Positions 13,488 to 24,039 of a stretch of 64,000 nt of DNA are shown here, in pieces. A model generated the notes under the pieces. It did not search any database. It was not told the origin of the DNA and was given only the letters and a program-made list of their open reading frames with translations. This stretch comes from Octopus bimaculoides (Eukaryota). The position numbers were made by a program, and so were the translations under genes. Positions within the stretch are counted from its first letter, which is position 1. Each line of letters starts with the position of its first letter. The DNA is taken from contig NC_068995.1 of assembly GCF_001194135.2 (NCBI RefSeq), positions 3,513,142 to 3,577,141 of the forward strand. Reading direction: 5' to 3'.

Positions 13488-13527
<40 letters not shown>

Positions 13528-14047
13528 GTCATTTTCCATGCTAACAATATTAGTCGACAATTTCTTTCAGCTCTATATCTATTTGTCATTTCCTCCTGTC
13601 GGCTCCACCTCTCTAGACTCCATTGTTAAATACAACTCATTTATTAAACTTCCATTTTTGTAAACCTTAGCCAACTCATATCTTCCCATTATGCTGTAAC
13701 ATTGTCATGAAGTCCAAACAGACCACTGCAAGCGCTGTGTGAGGTTTGAAGTTTAAACCACATTAAAAATCTCAAGTGTTGTACTCCAAGATCTCAAACC
13801 CATCGCTTTTTTGAGTATAGCTCTAAAACAGGTAACGCTCCTCCTACTTTAGAGTCCAGCTGTTACCCTCAGGTAATATAGAAGAAAATTAAGGACTTAT
13901 TTAATTTCTTTTGAAATATTTTGTTGCTAAATTTATATAATTTTGGTTTTTGATTTTTAAATTTTGCAATTTTTGTTTCTGAATTAATATAAAGATGTCA
14001 GATGTTTATCTGGGCAGGTTATTCTTGTTTTTGATATTGTTGATGTT

Positions 14048-14450
14048 TGGATGGGTGGTTAAGAAATTAGCTTCCTAGTCACATGGTTTCAGGTTCAATC
14101 TCATTATGGGGGACCTCGGGCAAGTGTCTTTTACTATAACCCTGGTCCGACCAAAGCTTTGTGAGTAAATTTGGTTGATGGAAACTGAAAGAAGTCAACT
14201 CCATGTGTATGTATGTGTCTCGTCTTGTCTCAAAATCATGTGATAGCTGTGTATGAGCATGACAGTGTGGCATACAAGTTTTGTCATTCATTTCCAATCT
14301 TCTGTGAAAACATGTCCGGACTAGGGGAAAACATGAGCTTGATTGGCAACAGATGAGGGTTGACAACAGGGTGGGCATTCAGCTGTAGAAAATTTGCCTC
14401 AACAAAATCTCATCTGATCCATGCAAGCAGGGAAAAGTAGACTTAAAATA
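14048..14450 (+). mobile_element. SINE family B, near full length
   Basis: GGTTTCAGGTTCAATC..GGACCTCGGGCAAGTGTCTTTTACTATAACCC..CCGACCAAAGCTTTGTGAGT..GGAAACTGAAAGAAG, with a tail ending GCAAGCAGGGAAAAGTAGAC. Confidence 0.8.
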
Positions 14451-15014
14451 CGGTAATTCAAAACAATGTGAATAAATAAGCATCACATTTGACAGAGTAA
14501 GCCGTATGCTAAATGGTTAATATACTGGCGCCGTGTCTAAAGTTATGGTATCATATAGAACTCTGGTTTTTTAGATTTGTAACAATTAATCAGAAAACTG
14601 TTGAAGACTGAGAGCAGGCCTATTGATTAGTTGCTAGGTGTGCAATAGGTACCGACTAGTTTTAATTTTAAATTATTGATTCTTGAGTTGTTTTTTTTTT
14701 AAATTTTTTCTTTTTTTTTTTTTTTACTTTTTTACTGACTGATACAAGAAACGGTTTGACTGGAACAGGCTTCTCTGGAAACTGTGCAGTCAGCTGGTGC
14801 AGATTAATCGCAATGGAAATTTAAGAAACCTGACATAGATTTACTGCTTTAAGTGCTCCTCATTCTTTGATGAATGTGTGTGTGTGTGTGTGTGTGTGGA
14901 GGCAAAGGAAGAATATGGATTCTTTTAATGGAAAGTAGAAGATGATTTCTGTCGCTTCTTTAACGGTGGCAGAGTTTGGGGTAGAAAAAGGGTAGGAGAC
15001 TATATAGAATTGTC

Positions 15015-15185
15015 AACGTAGATCAAGCAGGCCAATGATCAATGGTATTCCACCCATGAACATTCCATCTTGTCTCTTTATAGGTACATTGAAGTACATT
15101 TTCTGATGTCCCATTCTTAGGTAAAATGACAGCATGTGATTTGAAGGAAATTTGGCTGCTGTTTCTAGCAGGTCAAGTGACTGTC
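15015..15185. mobile_element. Unclassified dispersed repeat (family D, motif TTAGAAATAGCAGCCAAAT)
   Basis: Related segments lie at about 10290-10400, 42700-42810, 43460-43630 and 45230-45275, in both orientations. Confidence 0.6.
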
Positions 15186-16452
15186 TATTGCAGTCATGAA
15201 CAAACTGTGGCCCATGGGACTTTCTGAATAGCACACCTAATGAAAAATTATCTTGAAATTCTTTTTAATAGTTTTTTTAATAGGTAAATTTATATTCCAT
15301 ATAAATTTGGACCAATTTTTATCCAAAATACCAGAGGGACCTACATTGTAGCAGAAAGCACGAAGAAGAGCAGCTCTGAAGTCCAACTTGTTAATTTACC
15401 ATAAAACAGTAGAGAAAAAAAACCCCAAACAAAGTGAAAGGTAGTGCTCCAGCATGGCTCTGGCTTCTAGGTGAAACCAGTAAAACAAATAAAATATATG
15501 AAGTTAGCTGCTGTTTAGAGATGAAGAAATTTTCAGTTCTATAAATGAGAACCGTTATTCTCTGTGATACAACTTTGGTTATGTGAAGAATGGTTGGCCT
15601 TCATGGTATGTCAAAGAGGTTGTGAGTGGTTGGTGCTGTGTAATGTCTTATGAGTAATGTAAGCTGTGATTTTAGCTTATGTGGCAGCAACACAACTGCA
15701 GGTAAACATTTGGGACGAGGGTTGGTCGTATGTGGGTTGGCCGTGTGTCGGATGTGTTGGGTGGGTAGATAGTTTATTTGGCAATCTTAGCTCGGCTGGA
15801 AATGAATAAACGTTTATGCTGCCATGAATAATCAACAAAGAATTAGTGAAAATATGGTTAATTAATCATATTGTATCATTGCTTTGTGATATTTTTAATA
15901 ATATCACCATTGGTGGTAGTGGTGGTCGTGGTGGGGTTGCCCTGCTGGTGGTGCAGATTCTGGAATGTCTGTAAATCAGAGAAAAGGTTTGAGTGTGAGT
16001 AATGTCAAATGATCAAAGACTAAAGGTGGATGGATTGATTGATGTAGGAGGCTGTTACTTGTCCACCATGTCTAGTTCTAGTCATAGGTAGAGACCAACT
16101 TGCATTCTATCTATGACTCGTCAGAAGCTCACCTTTGGCATCTCTTGTTATATTTTCTATCTAAAAGTCTGTTACTATGGTTAATTAATGATTAGTTATT
16201 AATTTAGTCAATTGGAAGAGGTAATTAGGATCATCAATAATTGTCTTTGTTTAAAATAATTTTCATGATTGAAGAAAATGTAACATGATGGGCATGTCCC
16301 ATTGAAAGCACTCGTTCTTTTCCTGTTACTATGGTTAAGGAATGTTAAGCTTAGGACTTAACCCTTCTGTTACTATATTTCTGCTGAAATATATTGCCTT
16401 CGTTTTAATTCATGTTGAAAATAATGAAAAATTTGTTAAAATAACTTTATCC

Positions 16453-16792
16453 AAGAAGCTCGCTTCGTACCTGCATGGTTTCAGGTTCAGTTTATCTGCA
16501 GGACACCATGGGCAAGTGTCCTGGGTCAACCGATGCCTTGTTTAGTAGATGGAGACTGTTTGGAAGCCCACCATGTGTGTGTGTGTGTATTTTTGTTTGG
16601 ACTCCACTCACTACTTACCGATTGGTCTTGGCTTTTTTTTACATCCCTGTAACTTAGCAGTTTGGCAAAAGGTCACCAATAGAATAAGCACCAGACTTTA
16701 GAATAAGTCCTGGGTTCACTTATATGGATTAAAACCTTCATGGCGGTGCCCCAGCATGGCCGTAGTCTAATGTCTGAAATGACTAAAGATAA
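16453..16792 (+). mobile_element. SINE family B, diverged, with GGTGCCCCAGCATGGCC tail
   Basis: CACCATGGGCAAGTGTC core. The tail AATAGAATAAGCACCAG...GGTGCCCCAGCATGGCC is shared with 20793-20975, 19290-19357 (-) and ~49725-49790. Confidence 0.75.
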
Positions 16793-17519
16793 CCGAATAG
16801 AAGACAGTTTGTGGAATGAAAGCTGCTATGTTAATTTTAACAAGAAATCTCTTATTGATTTCTCTACTGTTTGGAATATTTCTAAGTGTTCCTAACCATG
16901 TGGAAAAATTCCCTTACAATTTCCTTCTGCAGAGGCGTCTTTGAAATAAGAGTTTGAGGTACGGCAGATAATAGGAACTTGTTTATTCTACAGCATGTTT
17001 ACCTTTGTATGCTTTCAGTTTGACTCCTGTTGTAAGTCTGTCTACCAACCAGCTCCGCTAACAAACACAATATCCTACATCAACTTGTTTATCTTTCATT
17101 GTCTTCCCCTGCTACTCTGTCTCCTGTTTTTTACTTAGACTATTTGCATTTATTTATTTTTATTTTGGGTTTTGTTTGTTTGTTTTTGTAAGAGTTTCCT
17201 AGTGTGTGACTTTTATTAAAAACATTTGCCTAATCTAAAATATTTATCCTTCTTTGATGAATAAACAGTGATTATTTGCTAAGCTGACTGAAGGTAAATT
17301 TCAAACGAGTGAACACTTCTGACGTCTTTTCTCAGTCATTATTCTTCAGTCGTTAGTCTTATAGAATATCTCATGTTTTTCACTGGAACCAATAAAGCAT
17401 TGTTTGCACACCGTAGCATCAAAATTTATTATTTATTTTTCTTCCAATTTCTATTCCGACATAAGAAAAATTTTAAAGATATTTTGTTTACTTCCTGTTT
17501 TGGTACCATTTTTCATTCC

Positions 17520-17830
17520 ATCGAGCAAGCTTCAGCTAGAGACCTAGAGGCCTGGGAACAGGGGGTGCAGAGAATTTGGGCGGGGGTTATTGAAAAAGCT
17601 TTGAACATTCTCCCGAAAAACTGGGTTTGCACCCCGGGAGATGGCGAGGGAGATGCGCTGGAACAGTCACTCTGACTCACAGGGTTCGCACTTACTTGCG
17701 GATAGCCATCTAGACCCCAATTGCAGTGAGCAGGGATATGGGGTCTGGCTATCTCCACTGCCACAAGCTCAACCACGAAGCTGTCAGGGAGCGACCGATA
17801 CTTTGATAGTTTAATGATCATGCCTGTCGA
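17520..17830 (-). mobile_element. Decayed CRE-like (REL-endonuclease) non-LTR retrotransposon 3' fragment
   Basis: Minus frames read KLSKYRSLPDSFVVELVAVEIARP, then after a frameshift LQLGSRWLSASKCEPCESE*LFQRISLAISRG. This matches the recalled CRE-type pattern KY..L...Y.F.PVAVET.G...LG.RL...TGEPRE..WLFQRISLAI.RGNA. Confidence 0.65.
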
Positions 17831-18234
17831 GTGTCAAAGACATTTCATTTTAGCATCAGCATTTCTTTCATTTCTCAAAGATTAACCAAACATGTTTCGA
17901 TGTCTGCTTTAGCTAGAAGTTCCAATAACATCAACCCATTCCTTGTAATAGCATGCATAATGTAATTATAGGTGAAATGTCCAGCTTGGTTCTATGGGAT
18001 TAATTAGAAATTTTAGTTTTACAATTAAATGAGATTCTCAATAAGCAAGATAAAGTTCTGAGACCATGTTGGGTGGCAGGGAATTTTGATGGCCCCTGCT
18101 TTTGATGCCAAAGACTTTTCTTTGGACAATTTAGATATTTAACTTGTCACTGCGAAAGATTTTCAGTGGATAACTTACAATTTTACAAACATTATGATAG
18201 GAAGAATATTCATAATTTCAAGAAAATCTGTTGC

Positions 18235-18299
18235 TAATATGTATATCGATGTATACATACATAAATACATTCACTCAGGTACATATTAATGTGTGTACA

Positions 18300-18334
<35 letters not shown>

Positions 18335-18641
18335 CTAGAGAGAGAGAGAGAGAGAGAGATGTATGTGTTAACACACACACACACACACATATATAGTGAA
18401 TGCACATATTTATATACATTTGTGTGTGTGTATATATATTTATATGTACACGTACACACACACACACACACATATATACACACACATATATACATATATA
18501 TACACACACACACACACACACATATATTGATAGAAAGGACAACATATATATAGATAGATAGATAGATAGAAAGAAATCGTTATTATATATATATATGTAT
18601 ACACACATACACACACCCAAGCATATGCACACATGCGTGAG

Positions 18642-18700
<59 letters not shown>
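18235..18700. repeat. Large compound microsatellite (TG/TA/AG/CA/GATA)
   Basis: Directly visible. Confidence 0.95.
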
Positions 18701-18702
<2 letters not shown>

Positions 18703-19499
18703 GTATATTTGTGGGATGTTTATACAGCGTTTAGTTCTCAATTACTGCTAAAACAAACGTTGATTCTACCATTTGCAAATGCACGTTTTTTTGTTTTGTT
18801 TGTTTGTTTCTTTCCCCCCCCCCCTCCTCTATTTATTTCTATATTGTTGTTGTTTGAACCTCAAATCTCCGTTGAAAGCCGTCATCCCCTGATAGAATTT
18901 CTCATTGAAGAAGTTCTCCTATTTCTACCATATTGTCTTCCACACTTGATTGGAATTATATATATATATATCTTTCTGTAGACATCGCATTTATTATAGA
19001 AAGTAGTGAGTCATTCTTTCATGTGAACGCCCTCCTACCCGTTTCACAAACACAGCGTTTCTACTCGAAGCTCGTTAGTCGCTTTTGGTGCTTACGTTTT
19101 CTTAGCAGAACAACGTTCTTTGAGAGAAAGTTAATAGTTTAATTAGTTTATAACGATGTTATGATTAAAAAAAAAAATGATTCGTGAGTTTAATGAATAA
19201 TTAGTGTTAACAGAATTAGATTAAATCTTATGTGATAGAATCTTTTTATCGTTTTTTTACGCCCCTCCCCCCGCGCTATCTTTTCCTCATTTTTAGTCTC
19301 TGCGGTCATGCTGGGGCACCACTTTGAAAGGGTTTTAGTCGAACAAATCGATCCCTGCTTTGTGTGTGTGTGTGTGTTTATAGCTTGGGATTTATTCTAT
19401 TGGTGTCTTTTGTCGAACAGCTAAGTTACAAGGATGTAAACAAATCGACAAGTGGTAGTAGGGACAAACGCACGTACACACACGCGCGCACATGCACGA

Positions 19500-19634
19500 T
19501 GGGCTTCTTTCAGTTACTGCCTACCAAATCCACTCAGAAGGCTTTGGTCGGCCTGGAGCTATAGGAAAAGACACTTGCCCAAGGCGCTGTGCAGTGGGAC
19601 TGAACCCAATACCACATGGTTGTGAAGCAAGCAT
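19500..19634 (-). mobile_element. SINE family B
   Basis: GGGCTTCTTTCAGTT..CTACCAAATCCACTCAGAAGGCTTTGGTCGGCC..GACACTTGCCCAAGG..CAGTGGGACTGAACCC. Confidence 0.85.
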
Positions 19635-19848
19635 ATTGTCAAAGGACTCCCAGGGTCTCTTTCCACGATACTTAACACCCAAGTACCTATCTCAAAACCA
19701 TTCTCTTTGTGTGTGTGTGTGTATAGTATAGGTTAGTTAAAGCATATTTGCAATGATAAGTGTCGTGTGGTGGAAATATATGCAATTATCAAACTTTCAT
19801 TCATAAATCCATTTATTATGTCGTTCTTTTGCATTTCAATTTGTACAT

Positions 19849-20534
19849 TTGTACCCAGAAATTTTCAACAACACATCAGAAGAAATGGGAAAATGAGTAA
19901 TTTTATCTCCTAAAAATTCTGAGTCTAGCAATAAATGAAAAAGTCCTTAATATTATACCAGAGGCACTCAAAATGTACTTAAGCACAGATTCAGTGTCCT
20001 GTAATAGTGAAGAGGAAATTCAGAACTATTCATTTGAATTCATAAACTCACTCACTCCATCCGGTATGCCTCCTCATTGTCTCAACTGAAAAGCAGGGGC
20101 TATTGTAATGCTACCAAGAAATCTTTCGATCAGTCAAGGATTATGTAATGGAGCTCACATGAAAGTGCAAAGACTTCATATTTTGTATAAAAGCATCATC
20201 GGTAACAGGCTCCAACAGAGATCGTATTGTTCTAATTCCCAGAATTAAACTTAGCCCAAGTGATGCAAATATTCCATTCACACGAAACTGACTTCAGTTT
20301 CCACTTTGACTTGCGTATTCAATGACAATTAATAAGGCTCAAGGGCAGACATTTGAAAAAGTTGGAATACATTTGTCTCAACCAGCATTTTCTCGTGGCC
20401 AAATATATGTTGCATTTTCAAGAGCTATGAACAATATTAAAGTAAGAGTTATGACAGTCAATTGGGATAAGAGACAAGGCCAAAAACGTGGTGTGACATA
20501 CACATAAAATATAGTTTACCATGAAGTACTGTGA
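19849..20534 (+). pseudogene. Helitron Rep/helicase remnant (PIF1-family helicase C-terminus)
   Basis: With stops and frameshifts it reads [76 protein letters not shown]...[43 protein letters not shown]...T*NIVYHEVL*. These are classic Helitron helicase motifs V/VI and terminus. Confidence 0.92.
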
Positions 20535-20730
20535 GGAAGACCACAACACCAGCTAGTATCACTACCACACCAGCTGCTACATCATTACACATCCACATTA
20601 CACCTTTAAGATCAGGGAACCATTTAGGGGCCTGCTGGATCTCTCTTGGCACACCAGCAAACCACAAAATTGCACCAGCCAGCATCACCACCACCTCCAA
20701 GCCTGTCGTATGTATGTATGTACGTATGTA

Positions 20731-20768
<38 letters not shown>

Positions 20769-20792
20769 TTTGTCCCACCACCACCACCATTG

Positions 20793-20975
20793 CTTGACAA
20801 CCGATGTTGGTGCATTTGCATCCCTGTAATTTAGCTGTTCAGCAGAAGAGACTGATAGAATAAGCACCAGGCTTACAGGGAATAAGTCCAGGGGTCAATT
20901 TCTTCGACTAAAGGGCGGTGCTCCAGCATGGCCATCATCAAATGACTGAAACAAGTAAAAAAATAAAAGAATACC
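20793..20975 (+). mobile_element. SINE family B 3' tail
   Basis: GATAGAATAAGCACCAGGCTT..GGGGTCAATTTCTTCGACTAAAGGGCGGTGCTCCAGCATGGCC..ATGACTGAAACAAGTAAAA. Confidence 0.75.
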
Positions 20976-21150
20976 AGAACAACGTTCAATACCACTAAAC
21001 CAAGGAGGTTCTTTGAATATGTCCGATGTATTTTAAGGTTAAATAGTAATTCCGTTTACGTTTGTGTAACTGAGATATTTTGGTTGGATTATATAGTCAC
21101 TGGTGTTACATTACTTTCTATAGTCTGTAACTGTTACAATATACTTTTCT

Positions 21151-21291
21151 AGGCCTGACATTTTTGTGGGGAGGGGGCCAGTTGATTAGATCGGCCCTAG
21201 TACACCACTGGTACTTAATTTATCGACCCTGAAAGGATGAAAGGTAAAATCAACCTCAGCAAAATTTGAACTCACAACGTAAAGACAGACG
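21151..21291 (-). mobile_element. SINE family A, partial, 160 bp upstream of the first visible DUSP exon
   Basis: GGTACTTAATTTATCGACCCTGAAAGGATGAAAGG..AATTTGAACTC is the reverse complement of the family A core. Confidence 0.85.
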
Positions 21292-21387
21292 CTCATAATA
21301 TACAAACATTTCTCCTGGCACCAGCACACTCTTTACAGATGCTTACATTTTTTATGTTTTCCGCGAATTTTTCACGGGTCCAACTAG

Positions 21388-21428
<41 letters not shown>

Positions 21429-21451
21429 TTCTTTATTCTACTGTTTTGCAG

Positions 21452-21633
21452 GTGGATTTTTAGTGTTCCAAGCTATGCATCCTTCTCTTTGTGAGAGTAA
21501 ATCCAACAAGTGTACTTCCCTGACATCTCTATCACAGCCTTGTCTGCCAATTAGCAATGTAGGACCAACACGCATTCTTCATTTTCTCTATTTAGGCTCA
21601 CAGAGGGATGCTATGTCCCAAGATATAATACAG
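21452..21633 (+). CDS. DUSP8/16: DUSP8/16-like MAP kinase phosphatase, internal exon (end of rhodanese domain, linker, start of catalytic domain)
   Basis: Acceptor ttttgcag|GT and donor CAG|gtaatc. Phase-1 start reads (G)GFLVFQAMHPSLCESKSNKCTSLTSLSQPCLPISNVGPTRILHFLYLGSQRDAMSQDIIQ, matching the MKP-7/hVH5 pattern GGF..F...P.LCE.K...SQPCLP..NVGPTRILP.LYLGSQ.D. Confidence 0.93.
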
Positions 21634-21794
21634 GTAATCTACCAACATTTTCTCTCCTGTTTTAATGAAAAGAAAAAAGAAAAATTAGGAACATCACCTG
21701 TTTGTATGGAAGTTATTAAGAGCTTGTATTATTTTCTATTTATTCCTTTTTGTATTTGTTGTGGAATAGTAACGAATGAAATAAATCTTTAATT

Positions 21795-21905
21795 GAAAAG
21801 CAGGTGAGGGTTAGCAAGAGCAAGAGCATCCTGCTGTAAAATAAAGCCTCAGTAAATATTAAGTATTCTTCAAACCCATGCTAGCATGGAAAAATGGACA
21901 TGAAG
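21795..21905 (+). mobile_element. SINE/LINE 3' tail (family G, CATGCTAGCATGGAAA..GGAC) in a DUSP intron
   Basis: The same terminus occurs at ~9700-9840, 29150-29190, 30840-30910 (+) and 37683-37730 (-), usually followed by (GAT)n. Confidence 0.6.
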
Positions 21906-21941
21906 TAAATAAAACACACACACACACACTCTCTCTCTCTC

Positions 21942-22020
<79 letters not shown>

Positions 22021-22461
22021 NNNNNNNNNNNNNNNNNNNNNNNNNNNNNNNNNNNNNNNNNNNNNNNNNNNNNNNNNNNNNNNNNNNNNNNNNNNNNNNN
22101 NNNNNNNNNNNNNNNNNNNNNNNNNNNNNNNNNNNNNNNNNNNNNNNNNNNNNNNNNNNNNNNNNNNNNNNNNNNNNNNNNNNNNNNNNNNNNNNNNNNN
22201 NNNNNNNNNNNNNNNNNNNNNNNNNNNNNNNNNNNNNNNNNNNNNNNNNNNNNNNNNNNNNNNNNNNNNNNNNNNNNNNNNNNNNNNNNNNNNNNNNNNN
22301 NNNNNNNNNNNNNNNNNNNNNNNNNNNNNNNNNNNNNNNNNNNNNNNNNNNNNNNNNNNNNNNNNNNNNNNNNNNNNNNNNNNNNNNNNNNNNNNNNNNN
22401 NNNNNNNNNNNNNNNNNNNNNNNNNNNNNNNNNNNNNNNNNNNNNNNNNNNNNNNNNNNNN

Positions 22462-22511
<50 letters not shown>

Positions 22512-22830
22512 TTTGTCCAACCTGGTTCTCTACTTTTTCATTCTTTCCACTGTATTCTTCCTGACTGAGAAACCATTCCTGTTTTTGGGTGATAGATTCA
22601 ATCTGTTACTGGGTTAAGTGCCACTGTCAGGTTCTTGGGTAGCTTTGGAGTCTCGTCTGTCGCAAGCATTTGGGTCATGTCTTTGGTTTGAGGATTCCCT
22701 TCTCCTTTTCCTCTTGACCATGAGACTAAAAGAAAAAAAAAACAACACCTGGAAAAGCTACTTTCTTACCTGAAATTTACCTTTGTCTTGAAATTTCAAT
22801 TGATGTGTTTCTTTTCATCTACCTGTTCAG

Positions 22831-22978
22831 GTTAATGGCATATCTTACATTCTGAACGTGACCACAACATGTAAGCAACCCGCATTCATTCAAGAGAGTC
22901 ACTTTCTTCGCATTCCAATTAACGATAATTACTTTGATAAGATGCTACCATACTTCCACGATGCATTCCAATTCCTTG
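22831..22978 (+). CDS. DUSP8/16: DUSP8/16-like, catalytic-domain exon containing the general-acid Asp
   Basis: Acceptor acctgttcag| and donor CTTG|gtaag. Encodes VNGISYILNVTTTCKQPAFIQESHFLRIPINDNYFDKMLPYFHDAFQFL. Phase 0 to 1, in frame with both neighbours. Confidence 0.95.
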
Positions 22979-23273
22979 GTAAGAAATTTTCCTCTTCACA
23001 ATATTCTCCATCCCTGCCTCTTCTTTCAGGCTGTTGTCATTGTTGTTTTAACTTTTATATTATTGAAGTAAAAATGTGTTCTCTATTTTATCCATCCCAG
23101 AGAATCTCCCAGACTAGTCTTTACTGTGATTAGAACCACAACCCTCACCCATTGTGGATATTTTGGTGTTTCTTCTTTTCCGTTGTAGACAATAATGTTC
23201 AATTTATATTTGAAAAAATATTTTTGTGAAAAATTCTTCAGTTTGTTTATTCCTTTATTTTGGTTTCCTTCAG

Positions 23274-23397
23274 ACAAAGTACGAGAGGCTAATGGTTGTG
23301 TACTAATCCACTGCCTAGCTGGTATTTCTCGGTCACCGACGCTGGCAATAGCCTATGTCATGAGGCATCTAAAAATGTCTTCAGATGATGCATACAG
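23274..23397 (+). CDS. DUSP8/16: DUSP8/16-like, active-site exon
   Basis: Acceptor tttccttcag| and donor AG|gtgagt. Encodes DKVREANGCVLIHCLAGISRSPTLAIAYVMRHLKMSSDDAYR with the PTP signature HCxxGxxRS intact. Phase 1 to 2. Confidence 0.97.
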
Positions 23398-23458
23398 GTG
23401 AGTAGCTTTTACACCCAATTCTTTGAGAAACCGATTCCATTTAGGGTATTTTGTTTCT

Positions 23459-23684
23459 TTAACCCTTTTAGCATCCAGATTACTCTATCCAATGTAATCC
23501 TTATTTATTCACATCGTTTTTTAATTAATCCTGCATTATCTCGTAGCTTTGAGATTTCAGTGATGTGATTGTTTATTTTCTAAAGGACATTGTAGAATAG
23601 GTGTGGGAGGCCAGATCTGGCCAGTGTTAACATAGATAGAATATTTGGACCAGATATGGCTGGTTTAAATGCTTAAGTGCTAAA
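23459..23684. mobile_element. TTAA/piggyBac-type MITE (family E) in the DUSP intron before the last exon
   Basis: Begins TTAA-CCCTTTTAGCAT; internal CCAGATCTGGCCAGT..TAGAATATTTGG.CCAGATATGGCTGGTTTAAATGCT. Other copies lie at 38850-39060 (-), 43266-43452 (+) and 14455-14520 (-, ends ATGCTAAATGGTTAA). Confidence 0.7.
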
Positions 23685-24039
23685 TCTGACCACACTTACT
23701 GCAACTGGCTTGTCTAACCCTTTGGTATTCAAATTACTCAGTCAAATCTCACACCTATTTATTTACCTTGATTAGAATTATTCCTGTATTATCTTTTACC
23801 TTCAAGGTTTATGTTCCATACATCAGATAAATAACAAAAAGGTTATTTCACTAAATTCTTTGTTATTTTCAAAATTAGCTGAAACAATGGCAACGTGTTT
23901 TGACAATACTGTGTTAAGAAAAGTGTTGTTTACCCCAAAATTACTCCCTCTAAAGACTCTTAAAGTGTCTGAAATGAATGTTGTTAATTTTTGTTTTGTT
24001 TGTTTTTGACCCTTTTTTTTTTTGTGATTCTACTTTCAG

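Noticed and set aside
17513-17821. 102-aa minus ORF and 100-aa plus ORF as host exons
   Set aside because: Better explained as a frameshifted CRE-like retrotransposon fragment.
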